Below, in pieces: positions 39,511-44,995 of a DNA stretch of 44,995 bases. The first letter of the stretch is position 1. Each line of letters starts with the position of its first letter. Below the pieces are notes generated by a model, which made no database searches, was not told the origin of the DNA, and worked only from the letters and a program-made list of their open reading frames with translations. The position numbers and the translations under genes are program-made. The DNA comes from Octopus sinensis (taxonomy: Eukaryota): NCBI RefSeq assembly GCF_006345805.1, contig NW_021834859.1, positions 1 through 44,995 on the forward strand. Direction: 5' to 3'.

Positions 39511-40637
39511 AAACCTCAACCGCATCGTTCTCACCAGTCACGAAGAGGCTGAGAAGACAGCCCCGTCATTCAGAAAAGAAATCAAAAGTTGCTGGTTTCG
39601 TCTTGTTTGTAATGCGAATCATAATGTTCCCTTGAATTATATGAATGTATTTGTCGATATCGATTTCTATCTGATCTGCCTCCATTTCGAAAGCAATGTA
39701 CATTTATGCACACTCACACACTAACACAGGCTCACATACTAACATGCACACACCACACGCACACACACACATATAGCATTATGTGTGCGTGTGTGTGCCA
39801 TTGTGTCTGTGTTTGTCGCACCACCACTGTTTGACGACCGGTATGGTCGGCGAGCTGGCAGAAACGTTAGCACGCCGGATGAAATGCTTAGCGGTATTTC
39901 GCCTGTCGTTACGTTGTGAGTTCAAATTCCGCCGAGGTCGACTTTGCCTTTCATCCTTTCGGGGTCGATAAATTAAGTACCAGTTCCGCACTGTGGTCGA
40001 TTTAATCGACTTAATACCTATGTCTGTCCTTGTTTGTCCCCTCTATGTTTAACCCCTTGTGGGTAATAAAGAAATAGGTATGGTGTGTTTACGTCCCCGT
40101 AATTTAGCGATACTAGGCTTAAAAACAAAAGTCCTGGGGGTGATTTTCGACTAAAAGGCTTCAGGCGGTGCTCCAGCATGGCCACATCCTAATGACGGAA
40201 AGAAGTAAAATATATATATATATCCTTCAGCGGACTGCATAACGAAGGCTGGCAAAGGCCGAAACTTTGAAGATGCCGTCACCCTTCTTCTTGTAATAAT
40301 ACAAAACGTATCTAACTATCCATTAATTTTAATGTTAAATTGTTTCGTCAGTCACGAATATACAACTTCATTAGACTTGTAGAGGTTTATTAATTCTGAA
40401 ATGAGAGTGAAAATATCGGAATAATATTTGAAATTCTTTTCACAGTTAATGAAGTTCTTGATGTATTTCGCATCATATTGAAAATTAGATTTACCTATAA
40501 ATCTCACTCTGTGTTTATTTTTAATCAGTAGATTTTCTCAGCTAAATAGTTTCGATTCAAAGCGTCTACTCTAGCTATGTCTACATCTATGTGAGCTACT
40601 GGTTCCGTTATCTCTCTCTCTTTGTTTCTCTCTCAGT

Positions 40638-40707
<70 letters not shown>

Positions 40708-42307
40708 AAATGTTTGTATCTTCAAGGACATCGTGCTTATGACCACCACCGTGAAAAACTAAGCTGAAATTTTCTACGTAATGTAAACTAGTGTTTTTAT
40801 TATTATTATTATCATTATTATTATTATTATTATTAGTAGTAGTAGTAGTAGTAGTAGTAGTATCCATTCGGTGTGCTCTGCATAAGTGAGAAACCATGGT
40901 GAAGGATTTTATTCTGTTCTCCATTTCCTTCGTAAGATAATTAAATAACGAGGTAAGCATAGAAGCGAACAATTGAGCAGAGATCAGTGACTTCATCAGA
41001 CTGAACCTACTACACCACCTTCGTATTTACTTCTCGGGCACTGGTGGTGGTGGTTATACCGAGATGACGGACTATTGAGTAGCTGAAGTGTAACCTGCAA
41101 ACAACAGATAAATTGAGGAAAAATTTGCAGCCTTTCCTTAAGAACCTTGGATTACACATCATCGTGAACATGGTCCGTACAAGATCCATCTAGATCTACA
41201 AACCCCTTTGAATTTTCTTGTATACAAAACAAATGAATCCCGACAGTATATCCACTTGCACTGAAATTACTCTAAGAACACCTCTAGTTAGTTAGTTAAG
41301 AGCATATACTTTAGGCTCTTGCTTCTATTTGCCTATGAAAAATCTTTAATGACATTTTATTGTATTTTAATGATGCATTTTCATGCTTCCTTCAAAATTT
41401 AGACCTTTTTCTGAAAGTTGCTCTGAAGTAAGGACTTTTTCACTAAATTTTAGACAAGACTTCGGTTGTTAAATTCTATTACAGTTAAGTTTATTTTTCG
41501 TTGTCTGAACTGGCCACTTGCGATTCTGTTGACTACTTAATGTTTTCACTGGTGAATGTCTCATCATCAGTATGCAATATTCCGAACATCATCAGCATTA
41601 GCTTTATCAAATCCCCCTTCTTACACCATTTATACAAAGCCATTACCGACAAAGATTATTCCAGTCACAATCCTATGATTTTCCTTAACTACATTTCAAT
41701 ATAAATGTGTCCAAACCCAACGAGATACTATCTGAAATATCACTTGCACAAGATATCATAAAGTGGAAACGATCTCGGAAATCCCGTGAACGCGATACGA
41801 ACTTCTTAACCATTCAGCCATACTGCATCTAGAAAAAATACAGAAAGGAGGAGAGAGGGAGAATGACTGATAGAGAGCGAGAGAGACAGATATATGTGAG
41901 AGGTGTTAGCTAGAGAGTGTGCCGCCTTGGACTGCCCTTCAGTCTGCCACTCCTGCCCCCTATACAGAGTTATGCGGCGACACAAAAATGCTACTCCCAT
42001 AAAAGCGCCGCCCAAAATGGACCACCCCATCGACTCCACCCTTTCTACGCTGTTGAAGCGTGTATATAGATAGATATATTTGCTTGTGTGTGTGTGTGTG
42101 TGTGTGTGTGACACACCTACTTCTCCCAGACTACTCTATTATTTTTCTCTGGACTTTTTCCTTTTCCTGACGAAGAGACATGCTCGAAACCTCACACCAC
42201 TTCTTTATTTCATCTTAAACTTTCTCTGAGCGTTAATCGAACATATTCACTGTGTACATCCTTTTGACTGTTGCTTTTTCCTGTTTTTGCTTTATTTTTG
42301 ATTTCCC

Positions 42308-42367
<60 letters not shown>

Positions 42368-43069
42368 CAGATATCTATAATATGATTTTGCTATGGTTTA
42401 CGTAAGTAACACTTTAAACAAGCGTTATCTCTCCTATGGAATGAAGTTTATGACATAATCTATTATACATACAACAGTTGTATTTTGCCTAAAAAGAATT
42501 AACTGATAAATTATGGAACGAAATCAGTGATATAATCTAGCTCTCGCACAACATTTATATTAATCGTAACACAGTTCATAGATAAACTATGAAGCGAAAT
42601 CGACTGTAACATTTATTCGTAAGGCAATTACTTTGTTACACTATGGAATAAAATTAATGTCATAATTTGTTATAGAAATAACATTTATATTAATCGTAAT
42701 ACAATCCACTGATAAACAACGAAACGAAATCAAGGGTAACATTTATTCGTAAGACAATTACGTATTAAACTATGAAATAAAATTGAAAACATAATTTTTT
42801 TTTTTTCCCGTAAACAACATTTATGTTGTTTATATTATTCGAGAGACAAGTGATCTGTAAATAAATATTTTACAACGTGAAATATAATTTTTATTGATAT
42901 ACATATTTAGAATCTGGAGATAAGTAGTTACGGTAAAATCCTTCATTGAGCCTGTGGTTTCAATTCTAACGATATTCGCTTTTCTTTGGTATGAAAATAA
43001 CGATGTGGCAGAATGTATTTGGACTTGTCAAAGCGTTACCAAACAAACAAAAATATTAATTTCAAATTT

Positions 43070-43455
43070 TGGCACAAAGCCAGCAATTTCGGGGAGAGAG
43101 TAAGTCGATTACATCGCCTGCAGTGTTCGACTGGGATTTATTTTATTCGCTCCGAAAGAAGATGAAAGGCAAAGTCGACCTTGGCGGAATTTGAACTCAG
43201 AACGTAGCGGTAGACGAAATACCTATTTCTTTACTACCCACAAGGGGCTACACACAGAGGGGACAAACAAGGACAAACAAACGGATTAAGTCGATTATAT
43301 CGACGCCAGAGCGTAACTGGTACTTATTTAATCGACCCCGGAAGGATGAAAGGCAAAGTCGACCTCGGCGGAATTTGAACTCAGAACGTAACGGCAGACG
43401 AAATACCGCTAAGCATTTCGCCCGGCGTGCTAACGTTTCTGCCAGCTTGCCACCT
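43070..43455 (-). mobile_element. SINE family C tandem dimer
   Basis: Same head, body and junction as the other arrays. Confidence 0.8.
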
Positions 43456-44018
43456 CACGCACACGCACACATTACGATCAGATGATATGATAATGCAAGG
43501 ACAAAATGCTTACAAAGAAAATGAGTTTCAGTAAATGAAACAGAACTTTACTAACACAGGATGTGAACCAGCCGCCTTATTTGTTTGCAGATAATGGTTT
43601 CACAAGGCCGACAGCTTTTAGTGGGGCGGGGGAAGGCGTAAGTCGGTTGCATCGGCCCTAGTGTTAGGCAGGTGTTTTATCTTATCGACCTCGAAAGGAC
43701 GAAAGACAAAGTCGACCTCCCCAGCATTTGAATTTAGAACGCAAAGAGGCGGAAGAAATGAAGCTAAGCATTTTGTACGGCACGGTAACGATTCTGCCGG
43801 CCCACAATCTTAATTTGTTTACAAATAATACAAAAACAGAAACAGATAAAGTCAGGTCGAATACGAGGTTATTGACGTAAGAATATTTGTCTATTGTTTA
43901 CAATGGTCGATTTTAGCATTTTATATGCCAGAACTAATTATAACTGATCTTCATACTATCTAGTTACAATAATATGTAGTATTTTTATGCATATTTTTTC
44001 TTGCACGATAATTTGCAG

Positions 44019-44178
44019 AGCAAAAAATTGTGTTGAAATACCTGTGCAACAAGAAACCTTTTCGTATTTTACTGGTTTTAGTTGGAGCAACCACAAAACA
44101 CTTTTTGATAATACCCATTACAAAACTAAGCGAATTCAACAAGATAAAGCCAGCTTATGTCGAGCAGAAGGAATATAG
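44019..44178 (+). CDS. Candidate phase-2 terminal exon (AKNCVEIPVQQETFSYFTGFSWSNHKTLFDNTHYKTKRIQQDKASLCRAEGI*)
   Basis: Acceptor TTTTTTCTTGCACGATAATTTGCAG|; the phase is compatible with exon 23994-24138, but a second frame is also open here. Confidence 0.25.
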
Positions 44179-44184
44179 TGCCAT

Positions 44185-44594
44185 CGGGTCTTTTCGGTTT
44201 GAACGGCAGTTTTTTCTAGCGGTGTCATATAAAATTGTCAGCCATAATTATGACCCTACTATCGATCTATTGCATTTCAATCTGTTTTAGGGTTAGGGTT
44301 AGGGGTGGGGGGAGGGTATCTTTTTTCTTCAGAAATGTGAATAAACTCAATCTGTTTCTTAAACGAGGGATATATTCATACGGCACAGAATGTTTTCACC
44401 TCAATAGACGTCATTGATTAGTTGAAATTACAGAAATTGAAGAGAAAAATATCTTACAAACTATAGAATTTTCTCAATAAAGCCAAGAGAAAAAGATGTT
44501 TTATAAACACATTTTACCAGTATATGAAGTTTAAAAGTGTTTAGTTACGTGGAAATTATTTTTAAAAAACTGCCGTCCAAACCGAAAAGATCCG
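44185..44594. mobile_element. MITE with about 31-bp TIRs, a 6-bp TSD-like flank and internal TTAGGG repeats
   Basis: CGGGTCTTTTCGGTTTGAACGGCAGTTTTTT ... AAAAAACTGCCGTCCAAACCGAAAAGATCCG; flanks TGCCAT/TGCCAC; TTAGGGTTAGGGTTAGGG inside. Confidence 0.8.
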
Positions 44595-44874
44595 TGCCAC
44601 CTAATCAGTAATCCCCTTTTGATTAGCAGCCAAAATCTATGTTTATATTGTAAGGCACAGGTTCGTACATTTATTTCCTGTTTCAGAAAGAAGATTGTCT
44701 GCTTTTTAATAACGTTAACATATCTATGCAGGTAATCGTTTGATAGACAAAAGACCGAAAAATCTTATGCAATTATAGGTTATCAAATAATTTTAAATCA
44801 CGAAGGTGACATGTTGTAAATAACCGGTTATGAAGATTGAACAATACGGATTTAAGATGGAACTTTAATGAAAC

Positions 44875-44995
44875 TGAGCAGTTCGGTAAAAAAAGACCGA
44901 TAGAATAAGTAGTAGGCTTACAAAGAATAAGTCCTGGGGTCGATTTGCTCGACTAAGGCGGTGCTCCAGCATGGTTGCAGTCATGACTGAAACAA
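44875..44995 (+). mobile_element. SINE family A tail
   Basis: AGACCGATAGAATAAGTA.TAGGCTTACAAAGAATAAGTCCTGGGGTCGAT. Confidence 0.8.

Overview
AT-rich eukaryotic (animal) genomic DNA, mostly non-coding, with many microsatellites and nested retroposons. The repeat families and the (TA)n/(TATG)n/(TG)n load look like an octopus/coleoid cephalopod genome; this is my recognition from memory, not a database search. Most listed ORFs are microsatellite artefacts. Supported content: several tRNA-derived SINE families (one forming 184-bp tandem multimers), 3' fragments of RLE-type and L1/Tx1-type LINEs, a probable RTE 5' fragment, non-autonomous Helitrons and MITEs. One well-defined + strand exon (23994-24138) encodes a signal peptide; other exon candidates are weaker. 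The most unusual observations are: (1) a tRNA-headed element carrying a minimal type I hammerhead-ribozyme motif, in two head-to-head copies, plus several further decayed hammerhead-like motifs, many beside (TA)n tracts; (2) two back-to-back near-perfect palindromes of 226 and 241 bp; (3) the unidentified secreted-protein exon flanked by inverted SINEs. No rRNA, true tRNA gene or CRISPR array was seen.
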